The notes beneath the pieces are model-generated. The model searched no databases. It was not told the origin of the DNA and was given only the letters and a program-made list of their open reading frames with translations. A stretch of 64,000 nt of DNA from Phaeosaccion multiseriatum (lineage: Eukaryota > Protista > Ochrophyta, other classes): positions 868,001-932,000 of the forward strand of contig OZ218955.1 in assembly GCA_965112735.1 (NCBI GenBank), read 5' to 3'. Below, piece by piece: positions 1 through 10,853 of this stretch (positions are counted from its first letter, which is position 1; each line of letters opens with the position of its first letter). A program made the position numbers and the translations under genes.

Positions 1-209
1 AGGGGATATATTCAACCATGTAAGTGTTGATTGAGTGAGTGGGAGAGTGAGTGCGTGAGTGGGTGAGTGAGTGGGTGAGTGAGTGGGTGGGTGGGCCTTA
101 GTGAGTGACTGAGTGAGTGACTTAAGTGACTGACTGAGACGCACCCCGCTTGACAGTGGAGCCCTCCCCTCCTTCGCTTCCTTGCACATGCCTGAAATGT
201 GTACCACAG

Positions 210-3040
210 GCCAAAACCATTCGCGCCATGGGGGAAGACCCCGGCATGAATAAGGAGGAGTTCCTGATGAAGCTCAAGAAAGAGACGCGCACAGGCCACG
301 ATGGAAAGATCAGGGACAGGATGATACGGGTGGGTTGTTGTTTTTTTCTTATTGTTGTTGTTGTTGTTGTTGTTGTTGTTTTCGTTTTTGTTTTTGTGTC
401 CCTCACCTCGGCCCTTTATCAATACACAATTGTGTGTAACCGTATCCTCCTCCCCTCCCCTCCCTTACCCCTGTTCCTCCCCTCCCCACCCCCTCTCCCT
501 CTCTCCTTTCCCCTCCAATGCAAACAATGAAAGGTTGAGCACGACCTCGCTCTGTCCATGGGGCGGTCTCTAAAGTTCATGGGAACTGACCAAGAGATGA
601 GTGCTTTAGGCAGGGCAGCTCCGAGGCTCGGCAGCAGGCTGCACATCGGGGGAGTGGGGGATGGCGACGGGACACTGGAGGAGGGAGAGGGAGCTGCCAA
701 GCTCGACATGGCGGTACGTGTGTGTGGGCGATGGATTGATGGCAGTTGGTGGGTGGGTGGATGGATGGATGGATGGATGGATGGGTAGGTAGATGGATGG
801 ATGGATGGATGGGTGGGTGGGTGGGTGCGTGCGTGGGTGGATGAATGGATGGGTGGATGGATGGATGGCAATGGATGGATGGCAATGGATGGATGGTGAG
901 AGGCGATGGGATGAGTCGTCAAGTCAAGTCAAGTCAAGTAAAAGTGCCATTAGGTGCGTCCAACCCTTCATCCCACCTCCTTCCCTTCCTCCCTCCCTCC
1001 GTTCCTGCCGGATTGTCCGTCTGCGGATATCACTCTTCCTTCCTTCTTCACACCCCCTATAGAACATTCCCCCGGAGGTACTGCAAGAGGTGTACATGGA
1101 CATGGTGGAGAGAGACGAATCGAAGCGGAGAATGATGAAGGAGAGCGGGCTCGATCCGGACAGGGACGAGCGGAGGAAGAACACCCTCCTGCGAAGCATG
1201 CGAACGTACGACCCCAAGTACCACGAGACGTGGGTGAAACTCTGCAGCGGCCTTCCCAGCCTCGCGGTGAGTGAGCTTGGGTGTCGGGATGAGTGAGCTT
1301 GGGTGTCGGGATGAGTGAGTCTAGGGGTCGGGATGAGTGAGTTTGGTTGGGTGTCGAGACAAGTGAGCTTACTTGGGTGTCGCGAGGAGTCAGTCTGGGT
1401 ATCAAGATGAGTGAGCTTGCTTGGTATCGGGGTAAGAGAGTTTGGTTGGGTGTCGAGATGAGTGAGTTGGGTGTCGAGATGAGTGAGTTTGGCGGTCAGG
1501 ATGAGTGAGAGCTTGCTTGGGCTTACGCTCGAAACTGAAACTTTTGTGTTTGCCCCTCTACCTCCGGACTGTCCGGCTGGGCGGGCAGGAGGTGCAAGCG
1601 CGTGATAATCGCCGAAAGAGAGCGTCCCAGCTTCGAGCCATAGCGCGCAAGAAGGAGAGGATGCAGCGGCAGGAGGAGGAGGAGGAGGAGGGAGGGACGG
1701 TGGGGGGCGAGGAGGACGACAACGACGAGGAGGAGAAGGAGGAAGAGGAGGCGACGGGGGCGAAAGACCGGCAGCTACTGAGGGGAAGGGGTCACGTGAA
1801 AGGCTCGATCGACGTGGCTTCAGATGACGCTGTTGATGTGAGCGGCGACGGCAGCAGCAGTGGGGGTGGCTCTGACACTGTAGCTAAGGAAAGAGAAGAT
1901 TACGAGAAGGAGGAGGAGGAGGAGGAGGAGGAGGAGGAGGAGGAGGAGGATGATGATGATTTTGAGGAGGAGGAGGAGGAGGAGGAGGAGGAGGAGGAGG
2001 AGGAGGAGGAGGGGGATTTTGATTATGACGATGAAGACGAAGTCGGCGACGGCTTTGATGAATTCGACGTCCAAGCATACGAGGAGGCGGAGGAGGAGCT
2101 GCGGCTGCAAAGGGAAGAGCAAGGGCAACTCACCCAAGCCCAGATGGATGCCGCCGCAGAGGCGTTTGTGGCCGCGATGGAGGAGGGGGTAGGAGACGAC
2201 AACCCCATGATGACGTTCGAGCAAAGGGCCGAGATTGCTATTCGAGTGGCGGCCAAGGCGGCAGGGGCGGGAGAGGGCGTGGAGGGGGCGGAGCTACTTG
2301 CTGCCAACGCAGAGAGAATTATCGCCGGTGCTGTTGGAGGAGAAGGAGGAGATGGCCGTGGCAGTACAGGTCGTGTGGGCGGCACGACGACGAAAGTGAT
2401 GCCTTGGGTGAATGCAGCGCAGAATAAGGAGATGCAGGCGGACATGCAGCAGCAGTGGCAGGAGGCGGAGGAGCAGTATGAGCAGTACGAGCTTTTTGAG
2501 AAGTATGCGCAACAGGCGGAGGAGGAGGAGCGGCGGTATCGGAGCAGCGAGAAGGCGCCTCGAGCAGCAGGGCAAGAAGGAGTCGGGCGGGAGGTGATGG
2601 ATGTGTCTACGGAGAGGAGGGGGGGCGACGAGGACGTAGTACCACGACAACTTGGGATCGCGGAGCTGGCGGCTGAGGCCCAAGCGCGGGGGGTGATGGA
2701 GGGTGTCGACATGCGATCTATGGGAGGGTATGTGTTAGGGGATGAGGAGGAGGAGGAGGAGGAGGAGGAGGAGGGGCGGGGGGCTGTTGCTAGCGATGCT
2801 GCGATTGCTGCCGCCCAGGCTGCCATCGCGGAGGCGGGGCCGTGGGATGGCGAAGGGGAGGATGAGATGGTACGAAGGCTCGCGCTTTGGATGCAGCAGG
2901 AGGAAGCTTTGTTAGACGAGCAGAATGCTCTCTTAGATGAAGAGTTGGCGGCTATGGAAGAGGAAGATAGACGTATGGAAGAGGAAGATAGAGCGATGGA
3001 AGAGGAAGAGGCGAGGCAGGGGGAGGGAGGGGGAGATTAA
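210..3040 (+). CDS. Spliced protein of unknown function with a long Glu/Asp-rich C-terminal region; 5' part probably lies upstream of the window
   Basis: In-frame GT-AG exons 210-329, 534-713, 1063-1266 and 1589-3040 (all phase 0) join into one ORF ending in TAA. No recognisable domain. Confidence 0.65.
1267..1505 (+). repeat. Intronic minisatellite, ~22-bp unit GAGTGAGCTTGGGTGTCGGGAT, degenerate
   Basis: Tandem copies begin at the GTGAGT donor at 1267. Confidence 0.85.
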
Positions 3041-4186
3041 TAACGATTTACAGTGGGTGGTGAAGAGAAGGAGGAGGGAAGAGGAGGAGGAGCCATTGTA
3101 GGCAGGACAAAGGAAGCTGGCGATGGACGAGCCACCGAAGGCCAACGTAGGAAGATGCATGTGGAGGACAGGCTGAGCCAGCCCATGGGAGGAGTAGAGC
3201 TTGGGGGAGAGGCCTAGCTCAGGGGAGTAGAGGGAAGGGGCGCGAAGAGGGTGTGTTCGTGCACCATCAGCCAAGCCGGTAGAGGGTAGAGAGACTCGTA
3301 GGTAGAGAAGCGATCGCCGAAGAGAGAGAGGGGCTGGGAGCTCGCTCGCCTCGCGCCGCAAAGGGGTTGGCGACGACTATTCCGCTGTACTCTCAACCGT
3401 CTCTCTCTCTGTGACCAAGGCACGGGGTGTCTACACAGGACGATGGAATTGCATTAATCAGAGCTTAAGGAGAAGGGGGCGGAGGTATGTATGGCAGAGT
3501 GGAGGAGGAAGGGTAGCGTGTAGGAGGAGGACGAAGGCGGAGACATGGTATGGGTCGGCAGCTATTCGTCAGATTCTCGAAGAAAGGTAGGAAACAGCAC
3601 AAACAGTTTGCCTTGGCGAGGGAGGAGAGAGTGGGAGGTGTGCAAGAGACTGGCTTGCATCACACTCGCTGCTAGCAGGCCAGCCCCCACCGCATGATTC
3701 GATTGATAGGCCCGGCGTTGTGATGAGCCCTTTCGCGCTGAGGGCAGAGACCGGCCGACTCTCTCCGTCTCCTCCGCTTACAGGGGTAGAGCTTTACAAG
3801 CCTTTACTCAGGCAAACCTTTGGGTCGGAGTGGATTCCTCCGTATAGCCTATATGTTTAATCAACAGTGCATAGTTTCCCTTCCTTTACCTTCCCCCCCC
3901 CCCCTCTGATGAGCACACACTAAACAGCGTACGTGAATTTTGAGGAGGAGGAGAAAGGAGGGGTCAGGGAGTGAAGAGAAGGAAAAAGGATGGGACAAAA
4001 GGGCGAACCAGAGCTGTCGGGGGATACATGATTATCTAAGCTACGCAGATAGGCGGCCGGTTCATGTCCTTTTACAATGGGGGGAGGGGGCACTACATTG
4101 TCAATTGTCAAGCACAAAAGCAACTTCCCCGAGGGGGAAGTGGGCGTTAAAACAGCAACACTCCCATGTAAAAAATCTTACCGCAT

Positions 4187-4290
4187 AGCTGCCCTCTCGG
4201 CTAATTGGGGGCATAACTAGGGCCTGTCGTTTGTCTCAGCTACCCTCTCAGCTATTTGGGGGCACACAACTAGGGCCTGTTGGTTGTCTC
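4187..4290. repeat. Two imperfect ~52-bp direct repeats
   Basis: The core GCT(G/A)CCCTCTC..GGGGGCA..AACTAGGGCCTGT..TTGTCTC occurs twice in tandem. Confidence 0.7.
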
Positions 4291-4794
4291 GCGGGTTATA
4301 GTGCTCAAAGAATCGCTTGGAAGAGGTAGCCAGCCCAAGTTCCTGTTCACTCTAAAGGAGATGGAGAGGCTGAGGAGGCTCTCACCAAGAGCCCAGGTGC
4401 GTGGCAACGGTGAGGCCGTGAATAAACCCGCGTGAGCGATAAGCAGCAAAAGACTCTCGATGTTGGCTGTCCGATTGTCAAGTTGTCAGCTCAGCCACTG
4501 ACATCCTTTGCATCCTCACATGGGACATACACCACTTATCGACTGACCAACCCTCTCCCTACCTCGCTTGGACTCGCTCGCTCTGCCCTCCTGCACTCTG
4601 CCCCTAGGCCAACCGTCTCTATAACAGGCTGGAGAGGGCGGCCATAAGCGCCGAGGTGAGCGGCGAGACGAAAGCTTTATTCACGATGTTACCGCTCGTC
4701 GCGGGGCTTAGCGCGCTCTCGCTCGCTCCCAGCAGCCACGCTCCGTTCCATCCGACTGCTGTATCCGCGTACCACGACGCTCTACGACGTCTCT

Positions 4795-5703
4795 ATGTCT
4801 CACCAGGACTCGCCCAACCTCACTCAGGCCCGCTCTCCCTCCCTCCTCCCTCCCTCCCCCCCTCGCTCGGTCTGCCTTCAGGCTCATCACCTCTGTGACA
4901 CCATCGAGAGAGGGCGAAGTCGAGGCAGAATCAGAGCAGCTCTGAGGGCATACGTCGCTGAGCAAGGAGGGAAGAGGGCTTGCCTGGAGAAGGCCATCAA
5001 TGATGATGGATTCACGCCGATGGTTCTCGCTGTGCTGGACAGGCCCGACGTTGTCGACCTTCTGCTCGAGGAGGGAGCCTCTCCGAACACACGTGCAGGC
5101 TGCCAGGACGACTCCCCCCTTGGCATTGCTTGCTACCACGGCAAGGGCGAGGTGGTGGATAAGCTGCTCTCCGCAGGTGCAGCAGTCAACACACCAAGCG
5201 GGCGAGGGGACTTGTTGGCCCTTCAACAGGCTTCCATGGAGGGCCACGTTCACCTTGTGCCAAAGCTACTTGCAGCTGGAGCTGACCTTGAAAAGCGTGA
5301 TCGACAGGGGTGGACTGCGCTGCACCATGCCGTCTTTTGGGGCAGGCTCTCCGTTGTTCGGAAGCTTGTCGCCGCTGGGGCACGCGTAGATGCAATGACT
5401 CCCGAAGTGTGCACCTTGATCGGTCCCGGAGGTATGTCGCCCCTGTGTATGGCACGCTTCCTTGAGCACTGGGCGGTGGAGCACGCACTGCTCTCGGGAC
5501 GTCGAAGCTCTTCGCCATTTCCGCGATATGTAACCACAGCAGTTCAGGCCTGCTCGCTCCTGCTGAACCCGGTGCAGCAGTTGCTTCACCACAGCAGCGT
5601 CGAAGAGTTTGCGGTTGAGAGGGTCGTCCACGCCCACAGCGAGCTTCACCAAGGACGGCAGCACGGGGATGGTCCCGAAGGAGCGCTGGTGAGGAGGGCA
5701 TGA
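4795..5703 (+). CDS. Ankyrin-repeat protein (true start uncertain)
   Basis: About five ankyrin units: GFTPMVLAV, DSPLGIACYHGKGEVVDKLLSAGA, ALQQASMEGHVHLVPKLLAAGAD, GWTALHHAVFWGRLSVVRKLVAAGA, GMSPLCMA. Confidence 0.8.
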   Translation: MSHQDSPNLTQARSPSLLPPSPPRSVCLQAHHLCDTIERGRSRGRIRAALRAYVAEQGGKRACLEKAINDDGFTPMVLAVLDRPDVVDLLLEEGASPNTRAGCQDDSPLGIACYHGKGEVVDKLLSAGAAVNTPSGRGDLLALQQASMEGHVHLVPKLLAAGADLEKRDRQGWTALHHAVFWGRLSVVRKLVAAGARVDAMTPEVCTLIGPGGMSPLCMARFLEHWAVEHALLSGRRSSSPFPRYVTTAVQACSLLLNPVQQLLHHSSVEEFAVERVVHAHSELHQGRQHGDGPEGALVRRA

Positions 5704-7065
5704 GCTAGCAAGCTTCCAGAGAGATGAAATGCCTGAACTGAAGCCCTCTTCTCGGCGTAAGAAGAGGCAGGAAGTAGCTCGGTTCTGTAAGTTGCTAAGG
5801 CGAGTGGCTGCGCGCATCATTCCGAGGAGCGGAGCAACGATGTCGGGCACGATCGATGAAGAGAGCGACACAGCGCCATGGAATGAATGCAGACGAGCAG
5901 AGCTTGGGGAGAAGTGCGCAGGTAGTAAGGTGCGGTCGGGTAGGAGGGGGTTGACGGGGGGAAGGAGACGGAAGGCGACAACAACAGGAGCGAGGCGAAG
6001 CCAACGTGTGGGGTACGAGACATCTGGAGGGCATGGGGACAGGCTCTAGAAGGAGAGTGAACCCGCGCAGAGCACAGTAGCCTGATAGGGGAGGGGAAGG
6101 GTAGCAGGGCCTCTGCCTTTCGAGGCAGGCTTAAGGTCTGACCGCTCCTGCCAAACTACCTCTGCCATCGCTCGGGCACAGAAAAGGTTGATCGAAGTCT
6201 GAGGCTCGCGGTATTTGAATAGATATATAAGTTTTAATAAATAGAATGGTTTCGAGAGGGAAGGCGATTGTTCCTATGCACCACTATTACTCTCTCCACA
6301 AGAACTCGAGCTAAGGCTTCCCTCTTGCTGAGGCGGGGCCGCACTGCCCCTTTCTGCTAGAAATGATCTCGCTCGGACGAAGAAAGAGGGGCACCTAAGG
6401 GGTTGGGGCAAGGACGGCCGCAGCGCAGCCAGCTTGGCCGCCGGCGTAGCAGGCAGCGAATGACGCCCCTCCAAGAGAAGCGCAGGCAGCTTGGAGTGTT
6501 GCGTAGCACGCAACGACACCTGAGGATGCGGAAGACGGAGTGAAAAGCTTTTCTTCAATAATCATGCAGCGCTGACACTTTCCACTCACCCGGTCCCGTG
6601 GCGAGGCAGGCCGTCCAGGAAGCGGCCTGACAGGCGCCGTAGCCCACCGGCCCGCAACCGAGAGCCACAATACTCTGGCATATGCCATACATCACAGGCC
6701 CAGCGGCAATGCGCTGGATAGTAGCACCGAGGAGCAGGACTGCGGGAGGGGAATGAACACAAAGCGAGATTAGCTAATGAGGGCGGGAAACGCGCTGTGC
6801 GAACGGGATGTCTCTGGCCTGTCCTCGCGTACTCACATGGGACAAAGAGCTTCATGGGGAGAGAGAGAATAAGAGGTTGCAGTGATACACTGTTGCACTG
6901 TACGGGAAAGTGGGCGTTGGAAAGATCACCCACCACTTGAAGTTCGAAGTGTTTGAAGTACCCGTTCAGGAGGTGTCGTGCGTGTTGGTCATTTGGATTA
7001 TTTGACTCACAGCGGGCATCCTTTCACTTTTTTTTTTTTCCCCTCTTGCTTTCTCCTCTCCTCCA

Positions 7066-8391
7066 ATGTTGCGGGCCTCTGTGAAGGTCTCGGCAGCAGG
7101 GAAAACCTTCGCACGAAGCGTGAGCACGACGCGGCTTGTAAGGAACAGGCCAGAGTCTTTGCAGGCCCCCGTCACTCTCGATTCGTTTACTCCATTCTTT
7201 CAGGAGAGGCGTCCCTGCGTGTTGCGAGGCCTGGCAAAAGAATGGCCTGCTGTGCAGCGATGGAGGGAGCTTGATTACCTCAGAGCAGTTGCATCTTCTG
7301 CAGGAGAGGCAGGCGCGATGGAGCCCTTCTGCAGGCTCGAAATGGGTGAGACTTGCAGGCTTTCACCCTGGCCTTGGGAGCTGAAGTCTGTGTGTGAGAA
7401 CAAGCCCTCCCCCATACCTGATTAATTTTCATTGTGTTGATCTTCCTTGTGTTTGGAGAAGCACCCTCTGTGTGGGGGGAGGCGACTCCCCCCTAAAAGC
7501 GATAATGCGGCTGACTTCTTTGGGCTGACTCATTGCTTCGCTCTTCCAGGCAAAGACTACAGTGACCCGGCACTGCAAGTGGTGGAGGCCCCCTTCCTCA
7601 GCTTTGTCGACTTCTTAGAGCTTGCCCGAGAGGAATGGGAGCAGCAGCAGCAGCAGCAGCAGCAGGAGCAGCAGCAGCAGGAGGAGGAGGAGGAGAGGGA
7701 GGAACCAGCAGTGGTGGGAGGAGGGGGGGGGAAGAGGGCAGGTGGCGGCAAGCAGACCCCAACAACCCCGCTCGTGTACCTGGCCCAGCAGCAGCTGTTG
7801 GAGGTGCTACCCGAGTTGAAAGGCGACATTTTCCCTCCTAACCACCTCATGGACGGACTGGGGAGGGAGCTTCTCGTCGAGAGAGAGAGAGCGGGGGACG
7901 AGGAAGCTCGCACCGCGCAGCAGCAGCAGCCACAGTACAAAACACGGGCAAAGGGTAATCTGCATGCCTGCAATGCGTGGATGGGTCCTTCGGGCACCAC
8001 GAGCTCTCTCCATCACGACCCGTACGACAACTTGCTGGTGCAGTTGGTGGGTCGAAAGCGAGTGCTCCTCTTTCACCCTCGACTCACGCCCTTCCTCTAC
8101 CAGGGAGGCGTTCGGGCAGCGCCAGCAGCAGGAGGAGGAGAGCGGGGCGCGCAGCAGCATTTTCAGATTCCTAAGGCAGCGGCGGCGGTGCTAAGCAACA
8201 CGTCAGCCGTGGACCCCCGGGCCCCCGATGCGTCCCTTCATCCTCTGTACCTGTCCTCGGCGCAGGGGGAGGCGCAAGAGGTGGTGCTGGAGGAGGGAGA
8301 CGCGCTCTACATTCCCATCAAGCATTGGCACTTTTGCGAGGCCCTGCCGACGGCTCCCATGTCTTTCTCCGTCAACTTTTGGTGGAGGTGA
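7066..8391 (+). CDS. JmjC/cupin-8 2-oxoglutarate-Fe(II) hydroxylase (JMJD5/JMJD7/FIH-like)
   Basis: Exons 7066-7345 and 7550-8391. Motifs: PCVLRGLAKEWPAVQRW, YLAQ, NAWMGPSGTTSSLHHDPYDNLLVQLVGRKRVLLF, LEEGDALYIPIKHWHFCE, SFSVNFWW. The HxD...H triad is intact. Confidence 0.92.
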
Positions 8392-8724
8392 AGTGAAGCA
8401 AGGGAGAGGGGGAGGGAGAGAGAGAGAGAGAGAAGGAGTCGTCAAACGGAAAGAAGGGATTAAAGCCGTCACTCAGTACAGTAGAGTTCCTGGGCGCGAC
8501 AGTAGACAGGCTCCGACGCGGAAGAATCAATCTCGACCATTGAGGCGGCGGCCACCAAGGGCACCAGCCAAGGCTGCTGCGTCGGAGTCGAAGGTTTATA
8601 TGGGATGTCAGCCCAAACAAAGAGCCATGGGGGGGGGGCGGCGGGGCGGGAAAGTCTCTCTTCTCCCTACTAGACTGGACTGGGCTGGACTGGACTGGAC
8701 TGGGCTGGACTGGACTGGACTGGG

Positions 8725-9402
8725 CGGATATGCTTCTCAGATTGGAGAGTTGCCCCAGTTCGCGCGGTATCGTCCCTGCAGAAGAGAGGAAACATCTTTG
8801 GTCACTCCAATAGGAGGCGAATTGGACACGAGGGTTGCTGCAACCACTTACCACTTACCGGAGAGTTGGTTGTGGCGGAGGTACAGAATTGCGAGATTGG
8901 CGAGCTGGCCAAGCTCCGGTGGAATTGTCCCTGTGGAGGAGAGAGAATGACTTGTTGGTTACCCGTTGGTCACACTCACATCAAGCAAGTGGAGTGAGGC
9001 CCAGGCTTTCAAACACTCACCAGACAGCATGTTGCCGCCGAGACTGAGTTGCTTAAGGACTGCAGAGTTGGCCAAGCTCCATCGGAACGGTCCCTACAAA
9101 TGTTGAGACGCCACCACAGCAGGAAGGTGAGATTGGAGAGAAGAAAGTTGTTTGGTCACACCAACAATGCCAAGTGGAGAGAGAATGACGTCGAGGCTTG
9201 CCACCACTTACCAGAGAGCTTGTTGTGGTGGAGATGCAGATGTGCTTAGATTCAGGAGTTGATCAAGCTCCGGTGGAATGGTCCCTGTGGACGAGAGAGG
9301 AAGATTTTTGCTGGTCACACTATTGCAGTGAATATCGAGCAAAGAAAAGAAAGGAGAGATTTAGCTCTATGAATGAATAACCAAGCTCCGGTGGAATGGT
9401 TC
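8725..9402 (-). pseudogene. Degenerate array of five single-LRR exon modules (24-aa GxIPxELGxLxxLxxLxLxxNxLS type)
   Basis: Modules: 9402-9381 (truncated), 9284-9212 (73 nt, +1), 9093-9021 (73 nt, +1 and a stop), 8930-8859 (72 nt, intact: GTIPPELGQLANLAILYLRHNQLS) and 8775-~8725 (broken by (CCAGT)n). Each has an AG acceptor; the three full-length modules have GT donors. Confidence 0.85.
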
Positions 9403-9559
9403 CTGCAAAGAGGAGGGCAATGTATTAGTTGCGTGCCACTCGGCGGCGACGCCTCCGATTTCTTGGAGCAGCTTCCTCCCTCATCCCTCATTTAGAATCA
9501 AGGAAGGGCAGTGCCCATTGGCGGCAGCACGAGCGACTCTCGTCTTACCAACGAGCCCA

Positions 9560-9645
9560 TCAAGCCCCAGATTCAAGAATTTTCGATAGCGCGCTATCGG
9601 CCGCCGGCCGATAGCGGATAGCGGATAGTGGATCAGGCGTTGATC
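9560..9645. repeat. Palindromic GATAGC/GCTATC element, copy 1 (divergent)
   Basis: Perfect palindrome CGATAGCGCGCTATCG at 9584-9599, inverted repeat GCTATCGGCC/GGCCGATAGC at 9593-9615, and tandem GATAGC(G). Confidence 0.6.
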
Positions 9646-9851
9646 AAGCCCGCCAAAAAAATCGTTGGCTTATTATTGAACCGCCCTCGGAGCTCTGCGG
9701 TTTCGCTTTGACGATTTGAGAAAGGGGTCTTTGTACGTGGGAGAAGAACGAGGGACGGTCTCATTCGTATAGGACATGACACGGAAGAGCGACTAAGGGC
9801 AAAGTTAAGGTATGCAGGTCTCAATGCCGCAGTAGCAATCACCGACGAGGC

Positions 9852-10797
9852 ATGGAGAGTTGTCTTGAGGAGGGGAGAATGAGGAGGGGAGAAAAAGTGG
9901 GAATGAGCGGAAGACGACGGGTGCGCAAGCGTGAAGAGTCATCCGCCGTGGTAGTCGAGAAGCAGAAGCCGACTTGTCGGCGGCGGAGGGGCAAGAGGGT
10001 GAGGTCTGGGGTGGTGGGACGCCTCCCGAGGGCCATGGTCGTGGGAATGGCCCTGCTCGCTTCCATCCGCTCTCCGGCTGATGCCAGGGAGGCTGACGCC
10101 ACAAACGAAGTGTGTACGAGTGCATCGCTGCCATCGTGGACATCAGAGCATGGAAATTTGCATATGGATGGAGAGCGCTTTCATCTCAAAGGTGAGTGGT
10201 GTCCTGAGACGTTGAGTGAGGCTGAGGTCCCTCTCCTCATTTCTCTTGAGACCTCCCTCTCTTGGGTTCCTCTTGAGTTGGCAGGGAGGGGAGCAAGTCT
10301 GGAGCTACGGTTTCAGCAAGTTGAATGTAGATTATTGGGAAAGGATCTCGATTGAGGAAAGGGGGTTGGCCCTCGGACAAGACGAGGCCAACGCGGACGG
10401 GGAAGAAGTATGGTACCTACGCAACCCCTTTCCTCCTCTCACCAGAGCATGAACAACACCGATTCAATCCCTCCTTGCATATGCTGCTGCTGATCCTACT
10501 CCCTCCACCTCACTCATCCTTCTTGTAAAAAAACAGGAGTGAGCTGGTTCGGGTTCGACACTGATCTCTACGTTATCGAGGGGCTCGCCGATGGTGGCAA
10601 CATCGCAGGATATCTTGAGTTTCTCGTCGAGAATAAATTCAACGCCCTTCGGGTGCCCATTTCTTTGGAGTTTGCGCTTAACCCGGACACCTTGACAGCT
10701 CCGTACACGTGTGGGGAATTGGATTGTACTGTGCAGTGGCCCTGGGTGGCGAAGGGTTGGGACGTGCTGCATGAGCTGTTCTCTAGGGTAGGTTCAA

Positions 10798-10853
<56 letters not shown>

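Noticed and set aside
3041-4790. Possible transposon in repeat-poor DNA (also 5704-7000)
   Set aside because: No transposase or RT motifs, LTRs, TIRs or TSDs that I could identify.
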